25,875 nt of DNA from an uncultured virus (IMG/VR IMGVR_UViG_3300049570_000094). Lineage: Duplodnaviria > Heunggongvirae > Uroviricota > Caudoviricetes. A program made the position numbers and the translations under genes. The notes beneath the pieces are model-generated. The model was not told where the DNA came from and ran no database searches. It saw only the letters and a program-made list of their open reading frames with translations. Location of the stretch: the IMG/VR virus record IMGVR_UViG_3300049570_000094; one strand, given 5' to 3'. Of the stretch, positions 8,249 to 16,512 are shown piece after piece; position 1 is the stretch's first letter, and each line of letters starts with the position of its first letter.

Positions 8249-9699
8249 TTGCTTTTTCCACCTGCTTTGTCAGGCTGATCCGATTTCATTGTACGGCCCA
8301 TTGCCGTGTCTCCCGGAAAGACGGCCGGATTATCCGGCAATCCTGCTTTGCTTTCCATAAATAAAGTTCCAGAGAGTTCGGGAGCGTTCGGCGGGCGCGG
8401 TCCTGTTTTCAATCGCATGGCTGCTTCATCGTCGGTAATAAAACCGAGCGACAGCAATTCCAGAATTCGAGTCTGACGCATCGTTTGATACGCCTCGGTT
8501 TCGATTTCCGGACGAAGATCGAGCGCATCAAATTCGAAGCGAACGTAAACATTCGCTCCGTAAAGACGAGCACTCAACGTAAGTGCGCGCGAGAAAAATT
8601 CCTCGACAGGCGTTTGAATTGCTTTCGCGCTCTTGAGGAAGATGAGGGTTTCCACGTTGCCGAGTGCTTGCGATCCTGATTCCAGACGCAGACCGAGCGC
8701 ACTAGGCGGCGTTTTCATGGAAGTAGCGTATTGACCGGCAATTACACCAAGCAACGGACTGTAATCCTGCTTGCTTCCCATGCCTGCTTGCAGAACGTTC
8801 GCTTCCACGGTGTCGTACATTACATACGCTTGCTCAGGATCAATGTTCGACACCATATCTTCGACGGCAGCGCGCACTTCGCCAAAGAACGCTTGCAACT
8901 TCTCCGGGTCTTGCTGGACTTCTTGAGAAGCAAGCTTCTTGATCTTTTCGCTATCAAGCGTAAGCGTCGTGCGATTGTGACCCGAAACGCGCACACTGCG
9001 ACGAATATCCTCCATGAATTCTTCGAAATAAATAATCTGCTTGATAGCAGCTTCCATCATCGAACGCGCATAAATGGTGTTCGGATCGGGCGCGAGATAG
9101 GAAATCCAGAACGTCGGAATATTCAAATCAACGTCTTTTTGTCCTTGACGCTGATACGGCGTACCGCCGCCTTTTCCGTCTGCCTTGAATTGCAGAGTTT
9201 CGAATCCGACAAGCTGCAAGAAATCCGGGAGCCGAGCATCGTTAAGCACCATTTCTCCGCAAGCCGCTCCCGTAAGAATGACTTCTCGAAGTGCCGTCGC
9301 TTTAAGCGACTCGATGGATTTACGATTCGTGTAACCGGCGCTGTAATCGTAAAGTGTGCCGAACGATTCAAGAATCGTTTGTGCGAGAGCGGTTCCTTCC
9401 GGACTAAATTGATGCGTTACCGCATCGAACGCAGCGATCGTATGTCCATTGTTCGCAACTTCGACCATGTTATGCACAGCCGTAGCGAACGGACCCTCAA
9501 GCCGCGCCATGTGACGCAGTAATTGCGTAATATTCTGTGCCGAACGATAAGTTCGAACAGAATTATTGAGAATAGGGTATAGCGGAGTTTGGCGTACATC
9601 AGTGCCTTTCTCCGTTGTATCAGCCGGATTGACAGTAGACCGAGAACCCTTTTGAAGTCGCTTCGGAATAATTACTGACAAATTTGGTGCTTTTGCCAT
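8245..9699 (-). CDS. Portal protein, 484 aa
   Basis: Size and position immediately upstream of the protease; C-terminal 'LGFITDDEA' and 'P-x-x-LG' portal-like motifs. Confidence 0.8.
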   Translation of the reverse strand: MAKAPNLSVIIPKRLQKGSRSTVNPADTTEKGTDVRQTPLYPILNNSVRTYRSAQNITQLLRHMARLEGPFATAVHNMVEVANNGHTIAAFDAVTHQFSPEGTALAQTILESFGTLYDYSAGYTNRKSIESLKATALREVILTGAACGEMVLNDARLPDFLQLVGFETLQFKADGKGGGTPYQRQGQKDVDLNIPTFWISYLAPDPNTIYARSMMEAAIKQIIYFEEFMEDIRRSVRVSGHNRTTLTLDSEKIKKLASQEVQQDPEKLQAFFGEVRAAVEDMVSNIDPEQAYVMYDTVEANVLQAGMGSKQDYSPLLGVIAGQYATSMKTPPSALGLRLESGSQALGNVETLIFLKSAKAIQTPVEEFFSRALTLSARLYGANVYVRFEFDALDLRPEIETEAYQTMRQTRILELLSLGFITDDEAAMRLKTGPRPPNAPELSGTLFMESKAGLPDNPAVFPGDTAMGRTMKSDQPDKAGGKSK

Positions 9700-10010
9700 T
9701 ATTTCCCTTCCGTCCTGAGTACGCCTTTCTCTTCAAGCGTTTTCAGGCACGCGTACTTAGCCCTGTCTCGTTCTACGCACTGTTCGAAAAGCCCCATAAG
9801 AATACTGTCATCCTTGGCAATTAGATAGAGGGCATTGTCTGTGCTTACATAGTCAGGAGGAACACAGGGTTCCATCACTAGATTCGGACACTGAATAACC
9901 AGCGGCTTTTCGGATTCTCGAAATCTGACAGTTTCGCACGCTGATAACAGGAGCGGGCACAGTGAGACAATCAGTAACTTCGGGATGATCTTGGATATAA
10001 CGGTCAACAT
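9699..10010 (-). CDS. Outer-membrane spanin (Rz1-like lipoprotein), 103 aa
   Basis: Signal peptide with lipobox LLSA-C; Pro/Cys-containing body; overlaps the 3' part of the i-spanin gene in another frame. Confidence 0.8.
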   Translation of the reverse strand: MLTVISKIIPKLLIVSLCPLLLSACETVRFRESEKPLVIQCPNLVMEPCVPPDYVSTDNALYLIAKDDSILMGLFEQCVERDRAKYACLKTLEEKGVLRTEGK

Positions 10011-10257
10011 ATTTCACCTGAGTTTGAGTAACCGTTTTCGTCACTTCCTTTACATTGTTAATCTTCGATACGAATTCCTTTCCGATATCGAGAAACTTAT
10101 CCGTGATATCCAACGCTCGGTAAACAGTTGCTTGGAAATCGACTAGATTGGAAGCTTCATCTTTTTTCTTCTGATACTGCATTCCGAAATAAAATGAAGA
10201 CGCTACGAATCCTAAAACAGAAAGCAGTAAAGCTAGAACGATATATATTTTAGTCAT
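9853..10257 (-). CDS. Inner-membrane spanin (Rz-like), 134 aa
   Basis: Single N-terminal TM helix, helical periplasmic part, C-terminal cysteines, overlapped lipoprotein gene. Confidence 0.8.
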   Translation of the reverse strand: MTKIYIVLALLLSVLGFVASSFYFGMQYQKKKDEASNLVDFQATVYRALDITDKFLDIGKEFVSKINNVKEVTKTVTQTQVKYVDRYIQDHPEVTDCLTVPAPVISVRNCQISRIRKAAGYSVSESSDGTLCSS

Positions 10258-10269
10258 TTCCAGTTACCG

Positions 10270-10299
10270 GGTCCCGGCAGTTCATTAACTACCGGGACC
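10270..10299 (-). other. Stem-loop between the PKD-protein gene and the spanins
   Basis: 13-bp stem including one G-U on the minus strand, 4-nt loop, no U tract, ending just upstream of the spanin start region. Confidence 0.6.
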
Positions 10300-10306
10300 G
10301 CTCCGA

Positions 10307-12232
10307 TTATTTGATACGTTTTGCCACGAAAGTAGGCGGTACAATTTCAACTTCTGAACCAACAGGCATGTTCAAAACCATGTTTGTTGCCTCTTCAAAA
10401 GCATCCTTCTCTTCGTTATGTACTCCGCCTCCCGTTACAGTCCATCTAGTATTATTTTTCCGATCTAACGAAATTGCCCTAGTAAGATTAGGCGGCGGAG
10501 GCGGATCAACTACAGCAGTAACCGTCGCCGACTTCGTTTTAGAAGACGTGCCGCCGTCGTTATCGGTCACAGTCAACGTGACATTGTAGGTGCCTCCCGC
10601 CGTATAAGCGTGACTCGGATTCGTTGTAGTCGAAGTAATGCCGTCACCAAAATCCCAAACACGCGACACAATCGTTCCGTCGCTGTCAGTTGAAGCATCA
10701 GTGAAAAGTACTGTAAGCCCGCTCGTCGTGAACGTGAAATCCGCAACAGGCGCGACATTGGCAGGCGGCTGCTCGCCAGAAGCGTAACCGGAGAACACTA
10801 GCAGCTCATCAAGCATTGAGTCGCCAGTCGGAATCGTTGGCGGTATTGCGCCATGCGTAACGTGAACGTGCTGCGGGAAATCCGTCGTCCAAAGGTCCTG
10901 AATGTGCGTTGCTGAGAAATCGCTGCATTGATCGAGAATGCCAGCGCTCTCGGTCCAGCAATAAATCGTTGCGGGCGTCGCGAAGTCGAACGTGTTGCCG
11001 AATTCAGTTACGCGGGTGCTGTCCAGCGAGAGATCGAATACGACCGTCCGATATTGGCCGCTGTTGGCCGCGTATTTCAATCGCGATCCCCACAGGTAAA
11101 GATGCGAACGATAAATATTGCCCGGAGGCAACACGTACGTATCGTCGGTGCCGCCTTGCTCACCGCCGTTGTCGCCACCGTAATGGATGCCGGTGTAGAC
11201 CGTTTGCTCATCGAACGTCGCATTGAAAATGTAATCCGTTCCGTATTCAGGCAGGTGCGCGATACCGTCGCTTCCATCCTGTTCTTCGGAATGAACCATG
11301 TCCAAATTCCGACCTTTCGAAGTTACGAAATTGCTATCGAAAGAAATCAAAGACGCACTACGATCTTTGTACGACGATCCCTGACTAGTTGAAATATTCG
11401 GACCCCAATAACATCCAATGTCGATAGGATAAGCCGATTGATTATACACACCGTGACAGGTGTAGTTATTCTCGACACCGCCATTATAGCTACGACAGCC
11501 CGCGAACGTAATACGCTCGATAGCAAATTTAACCGATCCATCTTTAGCCATCGAAAAGAAATTGAAAGCGCTGTCATGACTAACGCAGTTAATGAAGTCG
11601 ATATCTGCCGCAGCCTGTATCCAGACACCTGCCGGAGAAGAGATAGCAGAAGTTGATTGTCCCTTCCAATTTGTAAACGCAGCGCCGGGCTGAGCACCAG
11701 TAAATTCAAGATTTCGAAACGAAATGAAACGCGGTTTTGGTCCGTCATACGGATCGTTCGCTCCACGCGTAATAACAACAAGTCCGTATGGCTCTAGAGA
11801 ATACTGAGTATCCGTAAATAGGTTATTGGGAGCGCCCGGCATGCAAGTAGGCGCTGTCTTTGAGTTGACAAAAGTAAATACAGGACGCTTACCAACGGCA
11901 TCAGTGACACCGTTAATAATGATACCCGCTCCACGCAGACCAAATTTAATCGCCCAAGGGGTTCCGTCTGCTGACGGCCAGATATTTACCACGTCTCTAT
12001 TGGTGTCGCTGCCGCCTCCAAGAGTAGCCCAAGGAATTGACGCTGGCGTCGGAAATTCTTTGCCCGGTCCACAGTCATAACGTCGTCCGGTGCCAAGTGC
12101 ATTCATTGGCTGGTTAAGAACGGGGTCAACGAACGCGCCATTAGCTTGATTAGCAAATGCTCCAGCCGCACGCAGGTCAGAGAATTTTCCGAGACGTGCT
12201 AGCTGTTCGGTTTGTGCTGCTGTAAGTGCCAT
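10307..12232 (-). CDS. Putative virion-associated beta-helix (lyase/depolymerase-like) protein with PKD domain, 641 aa
   Basis: Start re-called at MALTAAQ (AAGGA RBS). Clear PKD domain 'PVADF...F-x-D-x-S-x-D-x-DG-x-I...WDFGDG...NPSH-x-Y...G-x-Y-x-V-x-LTVTD' at about 10520-10760. The central part has parallel beta-helix-like patterns ('ISFRNLEFTGA', 'HGVYNQS'). Confidence 0.7.
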   Translation of the reverse strand: MALTAAQTEQLARLGKFSDLRAAGAFANQANGAFVDPVLNQPMNALGTGRRYDCGPGKEFPTPASIPWATLGGGSDTNRDVVNIWPSADGTPWAIKFGLRGAGIIINGVTDAVGKRPVFTFVNSKTAPTCMPGAPNNLFTDTQYSLEPYGLVVITRGANDPYDGPKPRFISFRNLEFTGAQPGAAFTNWKGQSTSAISSPAGVWIQAAADIDFINCVSHDSAFNFFSMAKDGSVKFAIERITFAGCRSYNGGVENNYTCHGVYNQSAYPIDIGCYWGPNISTSQGSSYKDRSASLISFDSNFVTSKGRNLDMVHSEEQDGSDGIAHLPEYGTDYIFNATFDEQTVYTGIHYGGDNGGEQGGTDDTYVLPPGNIYRSHLYLWGSRLKYAANSGQYRTVVFDLSLDSTRVTEFGNTFDFATPATIYCWTESAGILDQCSDFSATHIQDLWTTDFPQHVHVTHGAIPPTIPTGDSMLDELLVFSGYASGEQPPANVAPVADFTFTTSGLTVLFTDASTDSDGTIVSRVWDFGDGITSTTTNPSHAYTAGGTYNVTLTVTDNDGGTSSKTKSATVTAVVDPPPPPNLTRAISLDRKNNTRWTVTGGGVHNEEKDAFEEATNMVLNMPVGSEVEIVPPTFVAKRIK

Positions 12233-12255
12233 TTCAAATTCCTTCTTTGGGTGGG

Positions 12256-12963
12256 TTAAGCGGGGCCGATACAGGCGTTGAGCGCGAGCCACGCGGCCGT
12301 TCGATAACCGAACGCCATCGTGATCGTGGTCGTAAGGTCGCCGGTTGCTACGGCGTCAACGAGTGTCTTCGAGCCGACGACCATCGCTCGATCTGCGCGC
12401 GAGGCGACGATGATTTTCGTGATGCCGTCGTTCATGGTGAACGGGTCGGATTCGTTGTAGTCGCCATTCTCCTGAATGACGACGGTGACAAGTTCAAGGC
12501 ACGCAGCAACGCTTGGCGTCACGCTCGGCGCCGTCGCGGTGATTGGAGAACCCGACATGGTGGCATGCGACGTGTGCGCGGCGACGTTCTCGGCGTTGTT
12601 CGATCCGATGATCGCAACGCACGCGCCCACCGATCCGTAGTTGTAGACGTTGAAGGAGCCGTTGAACTTCGCGCCGGCGCTGTAGCTTCCGACAGCGACC
12701 TTACCGAAGCGCGCGAATCGCGAATTAGCGACAAAATCGGTCAGGCCCTCGACCAATGAGAAGCCGGACGGCGGCGTGATGGTAGGCGTGACGTTCGCGC
12801 TCACATAGACGAACAGTTCCATAAAATCACCGGCCTGCACGCCTGCCGGAACATCAATAGTCCAGTTTTTAACGTTACCATTAGACATTTTGGTAGCGCT
12901 CCGGACTGTAGGCGCAGTTGCGCTTCCGCCGCTGCTGGCAAAAGTAAATGGATTAATCAGCAT
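12256..12963 (-). CDS. Hypothetical beta-rich fibre-associated protein, 235 aa
   Basis: TAATG coupling to the fibre gene; 'MLINPFTF' N-terminus; 'P-x-GVQAGD...TPPSGF' and 'TAPSVT' two-repeat beta-sandwich pattern. Confidence 0.6.
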   Translation of the reverse strand: MLINPFTFASSGGSATAPTVRSATKMSNGNVKNWTIDVPAGVQAGDFMELFVYVSANVTPTITPPSGFSLVEGLTDFVANSRFARFGKVAVGSYSAGAKFNGSFNVYNYGSVGACVAIIGSNNAENVAAHTSHATMSGSPITATAPSVTPSVAACLELVTVVIQENGDYNESDPFTMNDGITKIIVASRADRAMVVGSKTLVDAVATGDLTTTITMAFGYRTAAWLALNACIGPA

Positions 12964-14246
12964 TAGCGATGCCCAAATAAAGTAACTTTCAAGCCCTTCG
13001 CTCCTGCCGTCCCTACTTGGTCAATATCAATTGAAATTTCATCGTCGTCCGAAAGCGCTGTAGTAGTTAAAGCAGGAGGATTGCTCGATGTGACTGTTGT
13101 TTTTTCCGTATTATCAAAACGCAACTTACTCGTTGTCATAAGAGTAGTTCCGTTTTTATTTACATCAACGATCAAGTCTGATCCCGCCGACTGTGCAGTA
13201 GAAAGCGACGCACGAATTCCAGTCAGCGTGAAAGCATAAGGCATACGAAACGTAACTTTGCCTGTGCCTGTTGTAAGATTTGTGGTTTCATCTGAGGCGG
13301 CAATTTGAAATGCCTCAGTTGTAGCAGCAATACGCGCATCTGTTGCGCTAGAAAAATCGCTAATCGTTGAAGCAGTTTGAGTGCCAGTGTGATTCGCACG
13401 ATTTTTCAGGTTGGCATCGGTATCGTTTGCGGTTGCATTCGCAGCAATGCCAGCCAGCTTTGTTTTTTCGATGGCCGTAAATGCTTTATTCGTCACGCCG
13501 TCCGGAACAACATCGGCGTTAAGATCGGCCATTACTTTATCACCGCGAAAATACTGCGATGAAGTGCCGGAAGAAATCGTCGGCTCTTTTCCTGCAAGAG
13601 CCGTCGTCATCGTCGCAGCAAAATCCGGATCGTCGTTCAACGCATCGGCAATTTCTGCCAGCGTATCCAGCGCAGAAGGCGCAGCACCAACGACGTTCTC
13701 AATACGCGCATCTACAGCGGTATCAAAATCAGAAATAGTAGATGACGGCTGAGTGCCGGTATGATTTGCACGGTTCTTGAGATTGGCGTCCGTATCGTTT
13801 GCAGTAGCGCCAGTGGCAATGCCATCCAACTTCGCAATCTGCACCGATGTTGCGTAACCATCGGCAGCAGACGTAGCCGCAGGAATTCCATAGCCTGCTG
13901 CCGTATTCGGCTTGCCAGTCAAATCAGCAAACGCGCCTGTACGCGCGACCGTTGCGGCAATAACCCACGCCGCTCCACTGCGCATATACGAATTCGCATT
14001 ATTGGGAGCGTCGCTAATTCCTCCGCCTCCGACTTCGGCGTCAACCCATATAATGTCCCAATCGGCGTTCGATTGTTTCTGCGCAATTTGTCCTGTCGTA
14101 CCTCCGCGCGGAAGTCCGACAGGTGGAGTTCCCGCAGCAACGACATTAACCGGCGCTGCCGCCTCCGCATTAATGTTCGCCGGTGTCTCTGCGACGACAA
14201 CGTTCGCAACGACAGGAGGCGAAACGATGATGTTGACTTCGCTCAT
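12963..14246 (-). CDS. Fibre-like protein with internal repeats, 427 aa
   Basis: Start re-called at MSEVNII (TAATG overlap). Contains 'GGTTGQ-x-x-x-K-x-S-x-x-D', 'ATVARTGAFADLTGKP', 'APSALDTLAEIADALNDDPDFAAT' tail-fibre motifs and two 'RANHTGTQ' repeats. Confidence 0.8.
   Translation of the reverse strand: MSEVNIIVSPPVVANVVVAETPANINAEAAAPVNVVAAGTPPVGLPRGGTTGQIAQKQSNADWDIIWVDAEVGGGGISDAPNNANSYMRSGAAWVIAATVARTGAFADLTGKPNTAAGYGIPAATSAADGYATSVQIAKLDGIATGATANDTDANLKNRANHTGTQPSSTISDFDTAVDARIENVVGAAPSALDTLAEIADALNDDPDFAATMTTALAGKEPTISSGTSSQYFRGDKVMADLNADVVPDGVTNKAFTAIEKTKLAGIAANATANDTDANLKNRANHTGTQTASTISDFSSATDARIAATTEAFQIAASDETTNLTTGTGKVTFRMPYAFTLTGIRASLSTAQSAGSDLIVDVNKNGTTLMTTSKLRFDNTEKTTVTSSNPPALTTTALSDDDEISIDIDQVGTAGAKGLKVTLFGHR
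13330..13836 (-). repeat. Two ~45-aa repeats within the fibre gene, 372 nt apart
   Basis: AKLDGIATGATANDTDANLKNRANHTGTQPSSTISDFDTAVDARI versus TKLAGIAANATANDTDANLKNRANHTGTQTASTISDFSSATDARI. Confidence 0.9.
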
Positions 14247-14662
14247 TAGCCACCGCCGGGCGCATCGGTATCGAAGAAGTAAGTCCAACGATCCTGCAAC
14301 GTTGCTTTGAATTCTCCGAACGGCCAAACAATCGCAGTATCACCATCACCGAAGCGGAATTCGATATCGCCTGCAATCTGAATCGGAATATTCATTCCGC
14401 CAGTCAAGTCATACGAATCCTTCGCGCTGATCGTCAGCTTCAACGTGCGCGCTCCTTCATCGAGAACGAATCCCGATTCAGGCGGTTCCGCTGGACCAAG
14501 TGCAATAAGCAGCGGCGACGTTGCAGCCGTACCGCGAATATGACAACGCGGAACCGCTCCCGTAATGTCGCCATAATCTTCGGGGATTTGAAACGTTTCC
14601 TCGATCGTTGTTCCCAACGCCCAAGTAAACTGAGTTGGATTAGGACCAAAATAGCGTGACAT
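14246..14662 (-). CDS. Small beta-sandwich virion protein (possible fibre attachment/adaptor), 138 aa
   Basis: GAGGA RBS; 'G-x-T...DITG...IR...L-x-ISA...DIE' pattern recalls BppU-N-like Ig-fold phage proteins. Confidence 0.55.
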   Translation of the reverse strand: MSRYFGPNPTQFTWALGTTIEETFQIPEDYGDITGAVPRCHIRGTAATSPLLIALGPAEPPESGFVLDEGARTLKLTISAKDSYDLTGGMNIPIQIAGDIEFRFGDGDTAIVWPFGEFKATLQDRWTYFFDTDAPGGG

Positions 14663-14752
14663 TTTATCCTCGGACGAAGGTGGATTTAATTACGACGGCT
14701 TTTTGAAGATCGCTCCGAAGGATGAAAAGAGAAAACACAGACTTAATTATAG

Positions 14753-15076
14753 TCATGTTCTCGTCTCCGGAGTTTTGAGTTCGATTTCGAACGTGTCATC
14801 GAAATGCACAGAGCCGTCCGATAGCACATATTTCACGTCAGCGTTGTACTGACCCGAAGCCATGCCTGTCGTATCCAGCTCAAGTTGGTATTTTCCAAGC
14901 GTCTCTTCGTCCACTTCCAACGATTGATAAGTGAACGAGTACGCTTCGTTAGTATTTCGCGTGCGCGCTTGCGAGAAAATAGTCACGTCCAGATTGGAAA
15001 TGACAGTGCCGTTCGCTTTGAGAACTCCGAACAGTTTTAATTTCTCGCCGATCTTTAGACAGTATTTTTCGGTCAT
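14753..15076 (-). CDS. Small beta-sandwich hypothetical protein, 107 aa
   Basis: Start re-called at MTEKY (ATGA overlap with the endolysin stop); 'K-x-GE...SQ-x-R...G-x-Y-x-L...G-x-Y-x-x-DVKY...TF-x-I' resembles the fold pattern of the next gene. Confidence 0.55.
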   Translation of the reverse strand: MTEKYCLKIGEKLKLFGVLKANGTVISNLDVTIFSQARTRNTNEAYSFTYQSLEVDEETLGKYQLELDTTGMASGQYNADVKYVLSDGSVHFDDTFEIELKTPETRT

Positions 15077-15663
15077 TGCATGTCCATGAACCAAACCTCA
15101 ATTCTCGCTACGTAAATAAGCGTTTCTTTCGAATGCTTACCCGTAACGAGAACCAAGCAAGGAGAGATTTCTTTCCACGTGACTGCGCCGCCGCATTTCG
15201 ATTGAGCGCGTACGATATTTCCCGATCCTGCGTTGTAGCTTGCTTGTGCAAGTCGCCGTCGATCGTCCTCGGTACGTTTCGCTGTCCATACGGCTCGCAG
15301 GTTTGCCATGTACCACGCACCGCCAATAATGCAGTAGGACGCGTTCAGTGGCGAGGCCGTCTTACCCCAACCGAAATGCGCGTTCCACTGATCGAACGTC
15401 GCAGGCATTGCCTGACAAATCCCTGACGCCCCGACATATGAAACCGCGTCGGAACGCAAGAGGCTTTCCTGATAAAGCTGTGCTTTCCACCAGCGCCAAT
15501 CCCAAGAAGGCAAATATAATTGCGCAGCGGAACGAATCTGCGAATCGTATTTATCTTCGAAGAGTTTTTTAGCTGAGCACCATTCCGAGTAGAACGCCAG
15601 CACCAAGAGAACGCAAACCAAAGTACAACGCGAGAGCGATCGCGTTAGTTTCAATTGACGCAT
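15073..15663 (-). CDS. Endolysin, SLT-family lytic transglycosylase with N-terminal hydrophobic segment, 196 aa
   Basis: Motifs 'QES' (catalytic Glu), 'AVS-x-x-GA-x-G-x-x-Q-x-MP-x-T', 'ASYNAG', 'ET-x-x-YV-x-RI'. Start re-called at ATG 15663 with GGAG upstream. Confidence 0.9.
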   Translation of the reverse strand: MRQLKLTRSLSRCTLVCVLLVLAFYSEWCSAKKLFEDKYDSQIRSAAQLYLPSWDWRWWKAQLYQESLLRSDAVSYVGASGICQAMPATFDQWNAHFGWGKTASPLNASYCIIGGAWYMANLRAVWTAKRTEDDRRRLAQASYNAGSGNIVRAQSKCGGAVTWKEISPCLVLVTGKHSKETLIYVARIEVWFMDMQ

Positions 15664-15898
15664 ACGACTCCGTGAATTTGACTCCCGCGATGTAATCGGA
15701 GAATCGCAAAAACACAAACCACAAGCAGACGCCGACAATACAGTGCATGTATTTCAGCGTTGTGCTCAACCCTGTAGCCGACGAAACATTCTCTGCGTCA
15801 ATCGGCACGAATGAAAGATACACAGCGATCACCGCACAGACATTCATCAGAATGAAGATAAAGATAATCGCTTTATTTTCAGTGAAGAACTTCCACAT
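15569..15898 (-). CDS. Putative holin, 3 predicted TM segments, 109 aa
   Basis: AAGGAG RBS; three hydrophobic stretches; directly upstream of and overlapping the endolysin gene. Confidence 0.65.
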   Translation of the reverse strand: MWKFFTENKAIIFIFILMNVCAVIAVYLSFVPIDAENVSSATGLSTTLKYMHCIVGVCLWFVFLRFSDYIAGVKFTESYASIETNAIALALYFGLRSLGAGVLLGMVLS

Positions 15899-15909
15899 AT
15901 TTTCGCTCC

Positions 15910-16512
15910 TTACAGTGGGTCAGTTTCCCGACGCCGGGGTCCGCTATACGCGGGATTCTGGATATTCCGCAACATCGACAACATTGGATCAAGCTTGTCA
16001 TCGAGCATTCGAGAAATCTCCTCTTTCGTATGATACGAACGAGCCAGTGCAACTTGCTGATTATTCATTTTCTCGCGCGTATCTTCGATCTGTCGCCAAA
16101 TTTCCGTGCTCAGTCTCCGCGCTTCATCGCGAGATTCTTTTACGTCCTCCCAAATTTCATTGACCGTTTTAGCTAATGCCGAGCTGTCCTCTGTTCGGTA
16201 GCGAAGCACGTCACTTCTTAACCGATCAATTGACTCGTGAATCGAACTTTGCATACGCTGGAATTCCTCCTTACGCATGGCTTCGTCAATTTTCTCGTTA
16301 ACACCAGCGAATCTCTCATCTACACTGGCTTTGTGTTTTTCGTAATCTTTCATATGTGATCGGTAGATCAAACCGATCAAGGAAAGACAAGCCATAAATA
16401 AAATGTCAAGTGCCCATTTAAGAAATCCACCGTCCGGAATGGGCGGAACCCCTTCCGCTGCACTTGCGGTCTGAATAAAAACCGCCAAAACAAGTAGCAG
16501 TAGAACTAGCAT
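15910..16512 (-). CDS. Membrane-anchored coiled-coil protein, lysis-region hypothetical, 200 aa
   Basis: Signal-peptide-like N-terminus (ASA-A), one TM helix, long charged coiled coil; TAATG coupling. Confidence 0.7.
   Translation of the reverse strand: MLVLLLLVLAVFIQTASAAEGVPPIPDGGFLKWALDILFMACLSLIGLIYRSHMKDYEKHKASVDERFAGVNEKIDEAMRKEEFQRMQSSIHESIDRLRSDVLRYRTEDSSALAKTVNEIWEDVKESRDEARRLSTEIWRQIEDTREKMNNQQVALARSYHTKEEISRMLDDKLDPMLSMLRNIQNPAYSGPRRRETDPL

Noticed and set aside
13330..13836. Possible diversity-generating retroelement TR/VR pair
   Set aside because: Differences are mostly synonymous third-position changes rather than adenine-specific, both copies are in one ORF, and there is no reverse transcriptase in the window.
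12233..15738. ORF-track starts at 12292, 14327, 15094 and 15738
   Set aside because: Downstream starts at 12232, 14246, 15076 and 15663 have an RBS or stop/start coupling and avoid implausible overlaps.
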